A stretch of DNA of 64,000 nt from NCBI GenBank assembly GCA_036379595.1, contig DASVGI010000084.1:2203-66202 (forward strand), read 5' to 3'. Numbering within the stretch: the stretch's first letter is position 1; each line of letters starts with the position of its first letter. A program made the translations under genes and the position numbers. Shown here one piece after another: positions 51,378 to 63,324 of the stretch. The notes under the pieces were generated by a model that saw nothing but the letters and a program-made list of their open reading frames with translations, had not been told where the DNA came from and made no database searches. The stretch is from Casimicrobiaceae bacterium. Its GTDB lineage: Bacteria > Pseudomonadota > Gammaproteobacteria > Burkholderiales > Casimicrobiaceae.

Positions 51378-53288
51378 TCACTCCTGCGATTTCTTCTCGA
51401 GCGCCACCTGGTTGATCGTCACCTTGGTGTCGGCGCGCAGGCTCGCGACGTAGGCTTTCATCAGCTCCTGCCCGGTCTCGGCGCCGACGCTGTTCGCGGC
51501 CTGCGTCACCGTCGTTGCGGCAGGCGCCGGCGCATCGGTCACCTTGTCGATGCGATAGATCGCGAAATCGCCGTTCGGTCGCGACGCGCCGACGTACGCG
51601 GGGAGCTTCGCCCGGTCGGCCTCGAAGATCGTCGTGACCGCGTCCGGCGTGACCTCGGGTGTCGGCTTCGACCGGGTGAGATCGGCCGGCTTGCCGAAGG
51701 TCAGCCCGGCCGCAGATGCATCGCCCTTCGCGAGGAGCGCCAACTTCGCTTCGCCGTCCTTCTTCGCTTCGGCGGCCGCACGCTCGGCGGCCAGTCGCTT
51801 GCGAATGTCGTCCTGCACCTCGGCGAGCGGCTTCGGCGCAGCCGCCTTGTAGTCGACGACCCGCCCCGCCATCAGCGTATTCGGCGCCACCTCGATCGCC
51901 TCGGTGTTGCGCTTCGCCTGGATCGAATCCGGCGAGAAGATCGCCTTGACGAACCTGGCGCTGCCACGCGCCAGCGCCTGAATCTGCGCGCGCGTCATCA
52001 GATCGGTGGTCTTCACCTCGAGGCCGAGTGCCTTCGCGGCGCCGGCGAGCGAATCGGCCTGCTCGTAGACGACGTTCTGGAACTGCTCGGCGAGTGACGC
52101 GAACTTGTCCGCCGCCTTCTGCTTCCGGAGATCGGCCTCGATGCGCCCTTTCACCTCGTCGAGCGACTGGACGTGCGCGGGCGTGATCCCGGTGACCTTG
52201 ATGATGTGGTAGCCGAAGTTCGTTTCCACCGGCCCGACGATGTCGCCGACCCTGGCCGCGAATACTGCATCCTCGAACGGCTTCACCATCGAACCGCGCT
52301 GGAACGAGCCGAGATCCCCTCCCTGTGCGGCCGAACCCGGGTCCTGCGAGTATTCCTTCGCGAGCGCGGCGAAATCGTCGGGATGCGCGCGCGCTTTGGC
52401 GAGGATCTCCTCGGCCTTCTTCTTCGCCGCCGCCTTGTCCGGCGGGCTCGCGTCGGGCTTGACCGCGATCAGGATGTGCGAAGCCTGCCGCTCTTCCTGC
52501 GTCGTGTACTGCCGCCTGTTGGCCTCGTACGCCTGCTTCACCTCGTCGGGCGTGACATTCATCTGCGCAGCGAGCGCGTCCTGCGAAAGGATCAGGTATT
52601 CGATCTTCGCCTCTTCGGGCGATTCGAACAGCGCGCGGTGGGCGTCGTAATACGCCTTGACGTCGGCGTCGCTCACCTTGATCGTCGCCGCGAGCGGGGC
52701 CGCGGCGACGGTGGCGGTCGCCACCGTGCGCGTCTGGTCGAGCAATTCGAGGTAGTGGGTCACCGTCGACTTCGCCGCGAAGCTTCCCGCGACGACCGGT
52801 TGCTGGAGCTGGCCGAGCACGAGCTCGCCGCGCACGCGCTGCTCGAAGCCGAGCGGCGACATGCCCTGGCCGGAGAGAACCTCGGCATAACGCGTGGCCG
52901 AGAAGCGCCCGTCGACCTGGAATGGCGCGAGGCCGCCGATGAAATGCTGCAACTCGGCATCGCTGACGCTGAAATGCTCGGAGCGCGCGCGATTCTCGAG
53001 CAGCCGCTGGTCGATCAGCTGGTTGAGCAGATCGTAGCGAACCGCGGGGTTGTCGAGCATCGACGCGTCGAAGCTGCCGCCGAGCGCCTGGCGCATCCGC
53101 TGCTCCTGGTTGCGCAGCGCATCGTCGAATTCGTTCTGCGCGATCTTGTTGCCGCCGACGTCGGCGATCGTGTCGGTGCCGCTGCGGCTCGTGAAGTACT
53201 GGTACGTGCCGAAGAACACGAACGGCAGCGTGACGAGGCCCATGATGACCTGGGCGAGGTTCTTGTGCTTGTGAAGTAGATCGAACAT
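51378..53288 (-). CDS. ppiD: periplasmic chaperone / peptidyl-prolyl isomerase PpiD
   Basis: ORF 51378..53288 (636 aa). It has an N-terminal anchor ([17 protein letters not shown]), a SurA-N-like region and a parvulin domain (ASHILI...FGYHIIKV). Confidence 0.85.
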   Translation of the reverse strand: MFDLLHKHKNLAQVIMGLVTLPFVFFGTYQYFTSRSGTDTIADVGGNKIAQNEFDDALRNQEQRMRQALGGSFDASMLDNPAVRYDLLNQLIDQRLLENRARSEHFSVSDAELQHFIGGLAPFQVDGRFSATRYAEVLSGQGMSPLGFEQRVRGELVLGQLQQPVVAGSFAAKSTVTHYLELLDQTRTVATATVAAAPLAATIKVSDADVKAYYDAHRALFESPEEAKIEYLILSQDALAAQMNVTPDEVKQAYEANRRQYTTQEERQASHILIAVKPDASPPDKAAAKKKAEEILAKARAHPDDFAALAKEYSQDPGSAAQGGDLGSFQRGSMVKPFEDAVFAARVGDIVGPVETNFGYHIIKVTGITPAHVQSLDEVKGRIEADLRKQKAADKFASLAEQFQNVVYEQADSLAGAAKALGLEVKTTDLMTRAQIQALARGSARFVKAIFSPDSIQAKRNTEAIEVAPNTLMAGRVVDYKAAAPKPLAEVQDDIRKRLAAERAAAEAKKDGEAKLALLAKGDASAAGLTFGKPADLTRSKPTPEVTPDAVTTIFEADRAKLPAYVGASRPNGDFAIYRIDKVTDAPAPAATTVTQAANSVGAETGQELMKAYVASLRADTKVTINQVALEKKSQE

Positions 53289-53330
53289 GGCGAAATCCGG
53301 GAGGCGGCGAAACGATGTCCGGGTGCGACG

Positions 53331-53356
53331 AAAAAGGGCGAACTCGCGTTCGCCCC
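53331..53356 (-). terminator. intrinsic terminator downstream of the tRNA pair
   Basis: The minus strand reads GGGGCGAA-CGCGAG-TTCGCCC followed by TTTTT. It lies 28 nt after the tRNA-Asp 3' end. Confidence 0.7.
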
Positions 53357-53383
53357 TCAGTTGCCCTTCAGGTGCCGGAATGC

Positions 53384-53460
53384 TGGCGGAGTGGACGGGA
53401 CTCGAACCCGCGACCCCCGGCGTGACAGGCCGGTATTCTAACCAACTGAACTACCACTCC
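53384..53460 (-). tRNA. tRNA-Asp (anticodon GTC)
   Basis: The reverse complement is GGAGTGGTAGTTCAGTTGGTTAGAATACCGGCCTGTCACGCCGGGGGTCGCGGGTTCGAGTCCCGTCCACTCCGCCA. It folds as a cloverleaf with anticodon loop CTGTCAC and an encoded CCA. Confidence 0.92.
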
Positions 53461-53506
53461 CTCGTGTGTCGTCGCTGCTATGCCGACCGTCGGACCCGTT
53501 GTGCAT

Positions 53507-53581
53507 TGGTGGGTGCTGACGGGATCGAACCGCCGACAATCGCCTTGTAAGGGCGGCGCTCTACCGCTGAGCTAAGCACCC
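53507..53581 (-). tRNA. tRNA-Val (anticodon TAC)
   Basis: The reverse complement is GGGTGCTTAGCTCAGCGGTAGAGCGCCGCCCTTACAAGGCGATTGTCGGCGGTTCGATCCCGTCAGCACCCACCA. The anticodon loop is CTTACAA and CCA is encoded. Confidence 0.9.
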
Positions 53582-53623
53582 GGTCAACATGCCCAAAGCG
53601 CGGCCTGAGCGCTGCGAAGCTGA

Positions 53624-53896
53624 TCAGTTTAGCGCATCCTTCAGCGCTTTGCCAGCGCGGAACTTCGGTACCTTGGCGGCCTTGATCCGGATCGACGCAC
53701 CGGTGCGCGGATTGCGTCCCGAGCGCGGGCTGCGCCTGCCGACGTAGAACGATCCGAATCCGACCAGCGTCACCATATCGCCCTTGCGCAGCGAGGTCTT
53801 GATCGCGCCGACGGTCGCGTCGAGCGCGCGCCCGGCCGCCGCTTTCGAAATGTCGGCATGGCGGGCAATCGCATCGATCATCTCGGACTTGTTCAC
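53624..53896 (-). CDS. hupB: DNA-binding protein HU
   Basis: Part of ORF 53624..53941, starting at GTG 53896: (M)[28 protein letters not shown]...[31 protein letters not shown]. It is 90 aa. Confidence 0.9.
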   Translation of the reverse strand: MNKSEMIDAIARHADISKAAAGRALDATVGAIKTSLRKGDMVTLVGFGSFYVGRRSPRSGRNPRTGASIRIKAAKVPKFRAGKALKDALN

Positions 53897-53997
53897 CTGG
53901 CATCCTTTCCGGAACACGTTGCGCCGCCGTGCGCGCCGCACGGCGGTGTTCGTCGCTGACGAGGAAATCGGCGCGCAGGGCGCGCGTGGACGCAGCA

Positions 53998-54027
53998 GTT
54001 ATAGACCGCGCGTTTTGCGGGTGTCAA
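53998..54027 (-). promoter_or_regulatory. putative sigma70 promoter of hupB
   Basis: The minus strand reads TTGACA (54027..54022), an 18-nt spacer, then TATAAC (54003..53998). It lies about 100 nt upstream of the hupB start. A 10-bp stem-loop (53924..53946) lies in the predicted leader. Confidence 0.45.
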
Positions 54028-54066
54028 GCCGCGCCGTCGGGCACCGCGCCGTCGGGCACGATCACG

Positions 54067-56511
54067 TCAATGCTTGATCACCGCGCCCTTGTCTTCGATC
54101 GTCGCCGCAGGTGGCACCGCAGGAGGCTCGGCTTTCGCGCCATCCGCTTCGAGCGGCGTCGGCGGATGCTCGAGCGCATGCTCGAGAACCTGCTCGATCC
54201 ACCGCACCGGCGTGAGCTCGAGGCGATTCTTGATCTCGTCGGGAATCTCCGCGAGATCCTTGACGTTCTCCTCGGGGATCAGCACCGTCTTGATGCCGCC
54301 CCGCCCGGCGGCGAGGAGCTTCTCCTTCAACCCGCCGATCGGCAGCACCTCGCCGCGCAGCGTGATCTCACCCGTCATCGCGACGTCGCAGCGCACCGGG
54401 ATGCCGGTCAGCACCGACACCATCGCGGTGACGATCGCCGCCCCGGCCGACGGGCCGTCCTTCGGCGTCGCGCCTTCGGGCAGGTGAATGTGCAGATCGG
54501 TCTTCGTGTAGAAATCCGACGGGATGCCGAGCTGCTTCGAGCGATGGCGCACGACCGACAGCGCTGCGGCGATCGACTCGTTCATCACCTCGCCCAATTT
54601 GCCCGTCGACGTCGTCTTGCCCTTGCCCGGGAGCGACACGGCCTCGATCGTCAGGAGGTCGCCGCCCACTTCAGTCCACGCGAGCCCGGTGACCTGGCCG
54701 ACCTGATTGCGCTTCTCGGCCATGCCGTAATTGAAGCGGCGCACGCCGAGATACTTGTCGAGGTTCTTCGAGTTCACCTCGACCGGCCCGCGCGCCTTGC
54801 GCGTCTTGCCCTCGCTCTGCTTCAGGAGCAGCGCCTTCACCACCTTGCGGCAGATCTTGCTGATGTCGCGCTCGAGGTTGCGCACGCCCGACTCGCGCGT
54901 GTAGTAGCGGACGATGTCGCGCAGCGCGCTCTCCGCGAGGTGCAGCTCGTCGGGCTTCAGCCCGTTGTTCTTCATCTGCTTCGGCAGCAGGTACTGGCGG
55001 GCAATCGCGATCTTCTCGTCCTCGGTGTAACCCGACAGCCGGATCACCTCCATCCGGTCGAGCAGCGGCGCCGGGATGTTCATCGTGTTGGCCGTGGCGA
55101 CGAACATGACGTCGGACAGGTCGTACTCGACCTCGACGTAATGGTCGACGAACGTATTGTTCTGCTCCGGATCGAGCACTTCGAGCAGCGCCGACGATGG
55201 ATCGCCGCGGAAATCCTGGCCCATCTTGTCGACTTCGTCGAGCAGGAACAGCGGATTGCGCACGCCGACCTTGCTCATGTTCTGCAGGATCTTGCCCGGC
55301 ATCGAGCCGATGTAGGTGCGGCGATGACCGCGGACCTCGGCCTCGTCGCGCACGCCGCCGAGGCTCATGCGAACGAACTTGCGCCCGGTCGCGCGCGCGA
55401 CCGACTGTCCGAGCGACGTCTTGCCAACACCCGGCGGCCCGACGAGGCACAGGATCGGGCCCTTGAGACGATCGACGCGCTGCTGGACCGCGAGGTACTC
55501 GACGATGCGCTCCTTCACCTTCTCGAGGCCGTAGTGATCGGCATCGAGCACCTTGACCGCGTTGGAGAGATCCTTGCTGATCTTGCTCTTCTTGCGCCAC
55601 GGCAGCGCGAGCAGCGTGTCGACGTAATTGCGCACGACGGTCGCCTCGGCCGACATCGGCGACATCATCTTCAGCTTCTTGAGCTCCGCGAGCGCCTTGC
55701 CCTCGGCCTCCTTCGACATCTTCGCGGCCTTGACCTTCTTCTCGACCTCTTCCAGGTCGGCTGATTCGTCGCCCTCGCCCAGCTCCTTCTGGATCGCCTT
55801 CACCTGCTCGTTCAGGTAGTACTCGCGCTGGCTCTTCTCCATCTGCCGCTTGACGCGGCCGCGGATGCGCTTCTCGACCTGGAGAATGTCGACTTCGCCT
55901 TCGAGCAACCCGAGCAGATGCTCGAGGCGCTTGCCGACGTCGCTCATTTCGAGGATCTGCTGCTTCTGCTCGAGCTTCAACGGCAGGTGCGCGGCGATCG
56001 CGTCGGCGAGCCTGCCGCCATCGTCGATCGCCGACATCGAGGTGAGGATCTCGGGCGGAATCTTCTTGTTCAGCTTCACGTACTGGTCGAAGTGCGTGAG
56101 CAGCGCACGGCGCATCGCCTCGACCTCGTGCGCGGTGCCCGGCTCACCGGGGATCGCCTCGACCCGCGCGGCCATGAACTCGCCGCGCTCGTCGACGTCG
56201 AGAATGCGCGCGCGTTGCGTGCCCTCGACCAGCACCTTCACGGTGCCGTCCGGGAGCTTCAGCATCTGCAGGACGGTGGCAATACTGCCGATCGCGTAGA
56301 GATCGTCGGCGGCGGGATCGTCCTTCGCCGCCTGCTTCTGCGCAACGAGCAGGATGTGCTTGCCCGCGTCCATCGCGACGTCGAGCGCCTTGATCGATTT
56401 CGGGCGCCCGACAAACAGCGGGATCACCATGTGCGGGAAGACCACCACGTCGCGCAGGGGAAGGAGCGGGAGCGCGCTCAGGTTGTCCGGGGGAAGCGTG
56501 TCGTCGGGCAT
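54067..56511 (-). CDS. lon: ATP-dependent protease Lon
   Basis: Part of ORF 54067..56700, starting at [36 protein letters not shown]. Walker A is GPPGVGKTS and the protease active site is PKDGPSAG. Confidence 0.95.
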   Translation of the reverse strand: MPDDTLPPDNLSALPLLPLRDVVVFPHMVIPLFVGRPKSIKALDVAMDAGKHILLVAQKQAAKDDPAADDLYAIGSIATVLQMLKLPDGTVKVLVEGTQRARILDVDERGEFMAARVEAIPGEPGTAHEVEAMRRALLTHFDQYVKLNKKIPPEILTSMSAIDDGGRLADAIAAHLPLKLEQKQQILEMSDVGKRLEHLLGLLEGEVDILQVEKRIRGRVKRQMEKSQREYYLNEQVKAIQKELGEGDESADLEEVEKKVKAAKMSKEAEGKALAELKKLKMMSPMSAEATVVRNYVDTLLALPWRKKSKISKDLSNAVKVLDADHYGLEKVKERIVEYLAVQQRVDRLKGPILCLVGPPGVGKTSLGQSVARATGRKFVRMSLGGVRDEAEVRGHRRTYIGSMPGKILQNMSKVGVRNPLFLLDEVDKMGQDFRGDPSSALLEVLDPEQNNTFVDHYVEVEYDLSDVMFVATANTMNIPAPLLDRMEVIRLSGYTEDEKIAIARQYLLPKQMKNNGLKPDELHLAESALRDIVRYYTRESGVRNLERDISKICRKVVKALLLKQSEGKTRKARGPVEVNSKNLDKYLGVRRFNYGMAEKRNQVGQVTGLAWTEVGGDLLTIEAVSLPGKGKTTSTGKLGEVMNESIAAALSVVRHRSKQLGIPSDFYTKTDLHIHLPEGATPKDGPSAGAAIVTAMVSVLTGIPVRCDVAMTGEITLRGEVLPIGGLKEKLLAAGRGGIKTVLIPEENVKDLAEIPDEIKNRLELTPVRWIEQVLEHALEHPPTPLEADGAKAEPPAVPPAATIEDKGAVIKH

Positions 56512-56540
56512 GCGGACCTCGAGGATAGACGTCAGTACCG

Positions 56541-56570
56541 AGATGGGGCGTCGGCCGGCGAAACACAATG
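56541..56570 (-). promoter_or_regulatory. putative sigma32 (heat-shock) promoter of lon
   Basis: The minus strand has CCCCATCT at 56548..56541 (matching CCCCATNT). A weak -35-like CCACCATTGTG lies 15 nt upstream. The site is about 30 nt upstream of the lon ATG. Confidence 0.4.
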
Positions 56571-56735
56571 GTGGATGCCGGCAGCCGCAAAGCAAAGACC
56601 GCGCCAGCGGTAGGGTCTGGCGGATCGGATCGATGAGATTATGCCCGAACCGGCACCTGCACTCGGAGACCTGCCTTCTGCGTGAGGTCGCCAACCGCAA
56701 ACGGCCGCAGGTCCAGACGGGATTCCTCCGAGTCG

Positions 56736-56840
56736 GCGCGCGTTGAGCGTCAACGCAGTTGACGCTCCAATGCGCGCACTTATTGCGTCAGCGCGATAGG
56801 CTACCGGAAAAGCCGCTGCCTTCCGCCGCGCTGACGCAAT
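56736..56840 (-). terminator. two consecutive long stem-loops immediately downstream of clpX (terminator/attenuator or repeat element)
   Basis: H1 pairs ATTGCGTCAGCGCG (56782..56795) with CGCGCTGACGCAAT (56827..56840), a 14-bp perfect stem with a 31-nt loop. H2 spans 56736..56777 around GAGCGTCAA-CGCAG-TTGACGCTC and extends to about 19 bp with one bulge. Neither has a U-tract. Confidence 0.45.
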
Positions 56841-56844
56841 GAGC

Positions 56845-58116
<1,272 letters not shown>

Positions 58117-58157
58117 CAGGACAGGCGGATGCGCGTGGACATGGGCTGCGAACGACT

Positions 58158-58769
58158 CTACCCGGCAGTTGCCCTCTTTTGCAAGACTTTGTCGACGAGC
58201 CCGTACTCCCTGGCCTGATCGGCGGTCAGAAAATTGTCACGCTCGGTGTCGCGCGCGATCTGCTCGACCGGCTTGCCGGTGTGGACGGCCATCAGCTGGT
58301 TCAGCCGCTGGCGCAGGCTCAGGATGTACTTGGCGTGGATCTCGACGTCCGACGCCTGCCCCTGAAACCCCCCGAGCGGCTGGTGGATCATCACGTCTGA
58401 ATTGGGGAGCGCATAGCGCTTGCCCTTCGCGCCGGCCGCGAGCAGGAACGCGCCCATCGACGCCGCCATGCCGACGCACAGCGTCGACACGTCCGGCTTG
58501 ATGAACTGCATCGTGTCGTAGATCGCGAAGCCGGCGGCGATCGAGCCGCCCGGCGAATTGATATAGAAGTGGATGTCCTTGTCGGGGTTCTCGGACTCGA
58601 GGAAGAGCATCTGCGCGACGACGAGGTTCGCCGTCGCCTCGTTGACCGGCCCGACCAGGAACACGACGCGCTCCTTCAGGAGGCGCGAGTAGATGTCGTA
58701 CGCGCGCTCGCCGCGTCCGCTCTGCTCGATCACCATCGGTATGAGGCCCAGCCCTCTCGGTTCTTCCAT
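58158..58769 (-). CDS. clpP: ATP-dependent Clp protease proteolytic subunit
   Basis: ORF 58158..58769 (203 aa). Motifs are [21 protein letters not shown], the catalytic Ser in GMAASMGAF, and the catalytic His in MIHQP. Confidence 0.95.
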   Translation of the reverse strand: MEEPRGLGLIPMVIEQSGRGERAYDIYSRLLKERVVFLVGPVNEATANLVVAQMLFLESENPDKDIHFYINSPGGSIAAGFAIYDTMQFIKPDVSTLCVGMAASMGAFLLAAGAKGKRYALPNSDVMIHQPLGGFQGQASDVEIHAKYILSLRQRLNQLMAVHTGKPVEQIARDTERDNFLTADQAREYGLVDKVLQKRATAG

Positions 58770-58844
58770 CGTCTGCCTTCGTCAGTGGTTCGTCGGCGCG
58801 GCTGCCGCGCGCTTCCCCGATGATCGTTCGACCCGCGGCGCGGG

Positions 58845-60173
58845 TCAGCCGTTTCCTCGCGGGCCCATCACCGCGTCGAACGTCGCCGGCTCGTCGGTCA
58901 CCTGCGCGCGCTCGAGGACCCAGTCGACGACGTTCTGCTCGAGCACCGCGGCCTCGAAGTCGGCGAGGCGCTCAGGCTTCTCGTAATGCCAGCGTACCAC
59001 GGCGTCAGGCTGCTCGTAGGACTGCGCCTGCTCGTGCACGAGCTCCTTCACCTGTTCGGGCCGTGCCGCGAGGTGCTCGCGCTTCACGAGCTCCGACATC
59101 AGGAGACCGAGCGCGACGCGCTGCTCGGCCTGCGGCCGGAACAGATCCACGCCGACCGCGAGATCCTCCGGCTTCACCCCGGGCTGCTCGCGCATGCCGG
59201 CGACCGTGCGATCGCGCAGCGCGTACGCCTCGGCTTCGACGAGCGCCTTCGGCAGCGGAAACCGCGCAAGCCCCGCGAGCCCGGCGATCACCTGCTCCTT
59301 CACGACCGCGGCGATCTTGCGCTTCAGCTCGAGCTTGAGATTCGCGCCGACCTCGGCGCGCAGACCGTCGAGCTCGCCGCTCGCGACGCCGAACCCGCGC
59401 ACGAAGTCGGCATCGAGCTCAGGGAGGCGGATCTCCTCGACCGCGAGCACCGTCAGCACGAACTCGGCGTTCTTTCCCGCCACCTCGCGGCCATGGTAAT
59501 CGTCGGGGAAGTGAAGCGGGAAGGTCTTGTGCTCGCCGGCGGACATGCCGGTGATCGCCGCGTCGAACTCGGGCAGCATGCGGCCCTCGCCGAGCGTGAT
59601 CGGGAAGTCGCGTGCCTGTCCGCCGGGAAACTCGACGCCATCGATCGTGCCGGTGAAATCGACGCGGACACGGTCACCGCTTTGCGCCGCGCGTGCCACG
59701 GCTTCGAAGCTCGCGCGCTGCCGGCGCAGGATCTCGATCGTCCGATCGGTGTCCGCGGACGTCACCTCGGCGACCGGTCGCCGCACGCTGATCTGCGAGA
59801 GATCGCCGACCTCGACGTCGGGATAGACCTCGAACACCGCCGAGAACTCGAGCGCATCGCGCACCGCACCCGGCGCCGCGTCCGGTGGCCGCGCCTCGAT
59901 GCGCGGCGCGCCGGCGATGCGCAGGCGCTCCTTCTGCACCGCTTCGTTGAAGCGCGACTGCACCGCTTCGGAAATGACGTCCGAGCGCAGCTGCGGCCCG
60001 TACTGACGCGCGAGGATGCTGACCGGGACCTTGCCGGGGCGAAAGCCGGCGATCTTCGCCGTCCGGGCGAGGTTCGACAGACGCTTGCTCACCTCGCCTT
60101 CGATGTCCGCCACCGGGACGGCAACGCTCAATCTGCGCTCGAGATCGCCAAGCGTTTCGACTGTGGTCTCCAT
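58845..60173 (-). CDS. tig: trigger factor
   Basis: C-terminal 442 codons of ORF 58845..60722, starting at METTVETLGDLERRLSVAVP. The ribosome-binding motif is GFRPGKVP and an FKBP-type PPIase domain is present. Confidence 0.9.
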   Translation of the reverse strand: METTVETLGDLERRLSVAVPVADIEGEVSKRLSNLARTAKIAGFRPGKVPVSILARQYGPQLRSDVISEAVQSRFNEAVQKERLRIAGAPRIEARPPDAAPGAVRDALEFSAVFEVYPDVEVGDLSQISVRRPVAEVTSADTDRTIEILRRQRASFEAVARAAQSGDRVRVDFTGTIDGVEFPGGQARDFPITLGEGRMLPEFDAAITGMSAGEHKTFPLHFPDDYHGREVAGKNAEFVLTVLAVEEIRLPELDADFVRGFGVASGELDGLRAEVGANLKLELKRKIAAVVKEQVIAGLAGLARFPLPKALVEAEAYALRDRTVAGMREQPGVKPEDLAVGVDLFRPQAEQRVALGLLMSELVKREHLAARPEQVKELVHEQAQSYEQPDAVVRWHYEKPERLADFEAAVLEQNVVDWVLERAQVTDEPATFDAVMGPRGNG

Positions 60174-60210
60174 GCGACGCCAATCCTCGCTCGATGTTGT
60201 TCCGATGTGA

Positions 60211-60295
60211 TGGTGCGAAAGGGGGGACTCGAACCCCCACGGGTCGCCCCGCCAGCTCCTAAGGCTGGTGCGTCTACCAGTTCCGCCACTCTCGC
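60211..60295 (-). tRNA. tRNA-Leu (anticodon TAG)
   Basis: The reverse complement is GCGAGAGTGGCGGAACTGGTAGACGCACCAGCCTTAGGAGCTGGCGGGGCGACCCGTGGGGGTTCGAGTCCCCCCTTTCGCACCA. It has a long variable arm and anticodon loop CTTAGGA. Confidence 0.9.
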
Positions 60296-60338
60296 AGCCG
60301 CGGACACGCTCATCCGCGCGGTGACGCGGCACCGAACC

Positions 60339-61199
60339 ATGAAGTATAACGCGGCCATGTCCCCCGACGACTACTGCCGCGACCGAGCGGCGCCGCGCGG
60401 CTCGACGCTCCACTATTGCCTGCGCAAGCTGCCGCCCGCGCAGCGCCGCGCGATCACCGCACTCCATGCGTTCTACCGCGAGGTCGACGACGCCGCGCGA
60501 CACGTGAGCGATCCGGGGGTCGCGCGGGTCAAGCTCGCATGGTGGCGCGGCGAGATCGCAATGGCCTGCGAGGGTACGCCGTCGCATCCGGTCGCCCAGG
60601 CACTCGCGGCCGTGTTGCCCGCCCACCCGCTCGCCCGCGGCGAGCTCGAAGCGGTCGTCGACGGCGTCGAGCGCAACGTCGAGAACCGGCCCTTTCCCGA
60701 TTTCGCGGCGCTGAGGGCGCATTGCCTGCGCACCGGCGGCGCTGTTTCGGGCCTGTCGGCCGGGATTCTCGGCTTCCGCAACCCCGGCACGCTCGACTAC
60801 GCGCGCGATCTCGGCGTTGCGCTGCAGTTGATCGACATCATTCGCGACGTCGGCAGCGATGCGCGTGCCGGTCGCGTCTTTCTTCCGGTCGACGAGCTCG
60901 AGCGCTTCGGGGTGGCGCCCGCCGACATCCTCGCGCGACGCGCCCCGCCGCAGTTCGCCGCACTGATGGAGATGCAGGCAACGCGGGCGCGCGACCTTTG
61001 CGACCGCGCCATTTCCAGCCTTCCGCCGGAGGACCGTGCCACCCAGGCGCCGTGCCTCGCCGCGGCGGCCATCCGGCGGACGCTTCTCGGCGAGATCGCC
61101 CGCGACGGCTATCGCGTGCTCGATCGGCGCGTCGCTCTGACGCCGGTGCGCAAGCTCCTGATCGCGACGCGCGTCATGTGGAGCACCCGATCACGCTGA
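60339..61199 (+). CDS. squalene/phytoene synthase family protein
   Basis: Part of ORF 58986..61199, starting at [13 protein letters not shown] (alternative ATG at 60357). The Asp-rich regions are [11 protein letters not shown] and [17 protein letters not shown]. It overlaps the smpB 3' end by 9 nt (convergent). Confidence 0.75.
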   Translation: MKYNAAMSPDDYCRDRAAPRGSTLHYCLRKLPPAQRRAITALHAFYREVDDAARHVSDPGVARVKLAWWRGEIAMACEGTPSHPVAQALAAVLPAHPLARGELEAVVDGVERNVENRPFPDFAALRAHCLRTGGAVSGLSAGILGFRNPGTLDYARDLGVALQLIDIIRDVGSDARAGRVFLPVDELERFGVAPADILARRAPPQFAALMEMQATRARDLCDRAISSLPPEDRATQAPCLAAAAIRRTLLGEIARDGYRVLDRRVALTPVRKLLIATRVMWSTRSR

Positions 61200-61646
61200 C
61201 CGCGACGCGCTGCGCAGCAGGCGCTGCTGCTCGCGGTTCCATTCGCGCTCGCGGATCGCCGCGCGCTTGTCGTGCTGCTTCTTGCCGCGCGCGAGCCCGA
61301 TCGACAGCTTGATCCGACCCTTCGCGTAGTGCAGATCGATCGGCGTCAGCGTGTACCCGGCCCGCTCGACCTTGCCGATCAGCCGGTTGATCTCCTCGCG
61401 ATGGAGCAGGAGCCGGCGCGTGCGCGTCGGGTCCGGATGCACGTGCGTCGAGGCGGTCGCGAGCGGCGCGATGTGCGCGCCGATCAGCATCAGCTCGCCG
61501 CCCTTCACGACGACGTACGCTTCCTTGAGGTGGGCACGCCCGCCGCGCACCGCTTTCACCTCCCAGCCCTCAAGCGCGATCCCGGCCTCGAACCGTTCCT
61601 CGATAAAATAATCGTGGAATGCCTTGCGATTCTCGACGATGGTCAT
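61191..61646 (-). CDS. smpB: SsrA-binding protein
   Basis: Part of ORF 61191..61796, starting at [34 protein letters not shown]. It is canonical SmpB. Confidence 0.95.
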   Translation of the reverse strand: MTIVENRKAFHDYFIEERFEAGIALEGWEVKAVRGGRAHLKEAYVVVKGGELMLIGAHIAPLATASTHVHPDPTRTRRLLLHREEINRLIGKVERAGYTLTPIDLHYAKGRIKLSIGLARGKKQHDKRAAIREREWNREQQRLLRSASRSA

Positions 61647-61807
61647 GATGCGTAATCCGGCGCGGCCGCGCTTCGATCGCTCTGCCGCATGATGCGGCGA
61701 GCGATGGCTGCGCATTCTACCTGCTGCCCCCGCCTCCTCTGCGTGCGACGGCGCGTGCAGCGGCGCGCACCGGCCGCACCGGACCACGGTGTTCACCAGG
61801 GTATTCG

Positions 61808-62239
61808 ATGCAGCGCGTAAACCGCTCGGTGCTCGTCCCCTACGCGGCCGCGCGCATGTTCGAGCTCGTCGACGACATCGAGGCCTATCCGCGCTTCCTG
61901 CCGTGGTGCGCGGGTGCCAGCGTGCTCGAACGCGACGATCGTGCGAAGACCGCGCGCATCGACATCGACTACCACGGCGTGCGCGCGCACTTCACGACGC
62001 GCAACGTCAACACGCCGGCGGAGTTGATCGTGATCACGCTGACCGACGGCCCGTTTCGCTCGCTCTGCGGCGAATGGCGCTTCACCGCGCTGTCGGAAGC
62101 GGGCTGCCGCGTCGATTTCGAGCTCGCCTGGGAGTTTGCGACGCACGTGCTCGAGCGCGCGGTCGGCCCGGTGTTCGGCCACATCGCGCGCACGTTCATC
62201 GACGCATTCGTGCGCCGCGCCGAAGCACTCAACAGGTGA
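61808..62239 (+). CDS. ratA: SRPBCC-fold ribosome-association protein RatA (Coq10-like)
   Basis: ORF 61808..62239 (143 aa). It begins [34 protein letters not shown] and has the classic position divergent from smpB. Confidence 0.85.
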   Translation: MQRVNRSVLVPYAAARMFELVDDIEAYPRFLPWCAGASVLERDDRAKTARIDIDYHGVRAHFTTRNVNTPAELIVITLTDGPFRSLCGEWRFTALSEAGCRVDFELAWEFATHVLERAVGPVFGHIARTFIDAFVRRAEALNR

Positions 62240-62258
62240 AAGTCGAGACGGCGCACAC

Positions 62259-62552
62259 GTGAAGGTCGAGGTCGCCTGCGTCGGCGGCGATTTCAGCGCC
62301 TGCATCGGACTCGATCTCCCGCGCGGCGCGCGGGTTGCCGACGCCGTCGAGGCTTCCGGGCTCCTTTCCCGCGTCGGGCTCGCCGAGCACGACCTCGCGT
62401 ATGCGGTGTACGGCCGTCCGGTCGCGGCCAGCCGTCCGCTCGTCGAGGGCGACCGCGTCGAGATCACGCTGCCGCTTGTTTGCGACCCGGCAACGCGCAG
62501 GCGCGCGCTCGCGAAGACGGTCCGGGAGAAGAAAGTCCAGGGTTTGCGCTGA
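62259..62552 (+). CDS. rnfH: RnfH family (UPF0125) ubiquitin-fold protein
   Basis: Part of ORF 62136..62552, from GTG 62259: (M)KVEVACVGGD...VYGRPVAASRPLVEGDRVEI. It lies immediately downstream of ratA, as in many proteobacteria. Confidence 0.8.
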   Translation: MKVEVACVGGDFSACIGLDLPRGARVADAVEASGLLSRVGLAEHDLAYAVYGRPVAASRPLVEGDRVEITLPLVCDPATRRRALAKTVREKKVQGLR

Positions 62553-62562
62553 GGGCCGATTA

Positions 62563-63324
62563 GTGGACAATCGCGCCGTGCCCCGCACCACCCGCCTCGC
62601 CATCATCGCTGCCGCCGCGCTGGCTCTGCACGGCGCGCCCGGCGTCGCCGCCGAGCGGCAGGCCGATCGCTCGCTCGCCGAGCTCGCACGCGCATCGCTG
62701 TCGGCGGCGGCCTCGCACGCGCTGCAGGGCGCCGAGACCGTCGCGACGTTCGCGCTCTCGCTCGTCGGCATCGACTACCGGTGGGGTGGTGCGACGCCCA
62801 CGCAGGGCTTCGATTGCAGCGGGCTCATCCGCTACGTGTTCCAGGAAACGACCGGCGCCGCGCTCCCGCGCACCGCGCGCGGCCTCGCCTCGCTCGGGAG
62901 CCGCGTGACGCGAAGCGAGCTCGTACCCGGTGACCTCGTGTTCTTCAACACGCGCCATGCCGCGTTTTCGCACGTCGGCATCTACCTCGGCGACGACCGC
63001 TTCATCCATGCGCCGGGCCGCGGCGGCGAGGTCGGCGTTGCGCTGCTGTCGTCGGCGTACTGGAAGAAGCGCTACGACGGCGCGCGGCGGCTGATCGGCG
63101 TGCTTCCCGCGCTGATGCCACAAGTCGTTTCGCAGGCGTGGGCGGCGGACGCGGATGGCGTGCCGGCGGCGGCAGCGAACACGGCGCCAGACCCGGCACC
63201 GAACGCGGCACCCGCGCCGCAGTCCGTCGCGGCTGCAGCGAGTGACCCCGCTACGCAGGACGGGTCGGCGCCGGTCGACGCAGATCCGTCGATCGCACCG
63301 TACCTGTCGGACGATCAGCCCTAG
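62563..63324 (+). CDS. NlpC/P60 family peptidoglycan endopeptidase (lipoprotein/secreted)
   Basis: Part of ORF 62335..63324 (GTG 62563 or 62578). It has a signal-like segment (RLAIIAAAALAL), the catalytic Cys in GFDCSGLIRYVF and the His in SHVGIYLG. The tail is Ala/Pro-rich. Confidence 0.8.
   Translation: MDNRAVPRTTRLAIIAAAALALHGAPGVAAERQADRSLAELARASLSAAASHALQGAETVATFALSLVGIDYRWGGATPTQGFDCSGLIRYVFQETTGAALPRTARGLASLGSRVTRSELVPGDLVFFNTRHAAFSHVGIYLGDDRFIHAPGRGGEVGVALLSSAYWKKRYDGARRLIGVLPALMPQVVSQAWAADADGVPAAAANTAPDPAPNAAPAPQSVAAAASDPATQDGSAPVDADPSIAPYLSDDQP

Noticed and set aside
61808-62552. ratA-rnfH could be an active type II toxin-antitoxin module.
   Set aside because: This is the ubiquitous conserved pair next to smpB (SRPBCC/Coq10-like plus a ubiquitin-fold protein). 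Its TA status is doubtful even in E. coli, and nothing here suggests a mobile or accessory TA locus.
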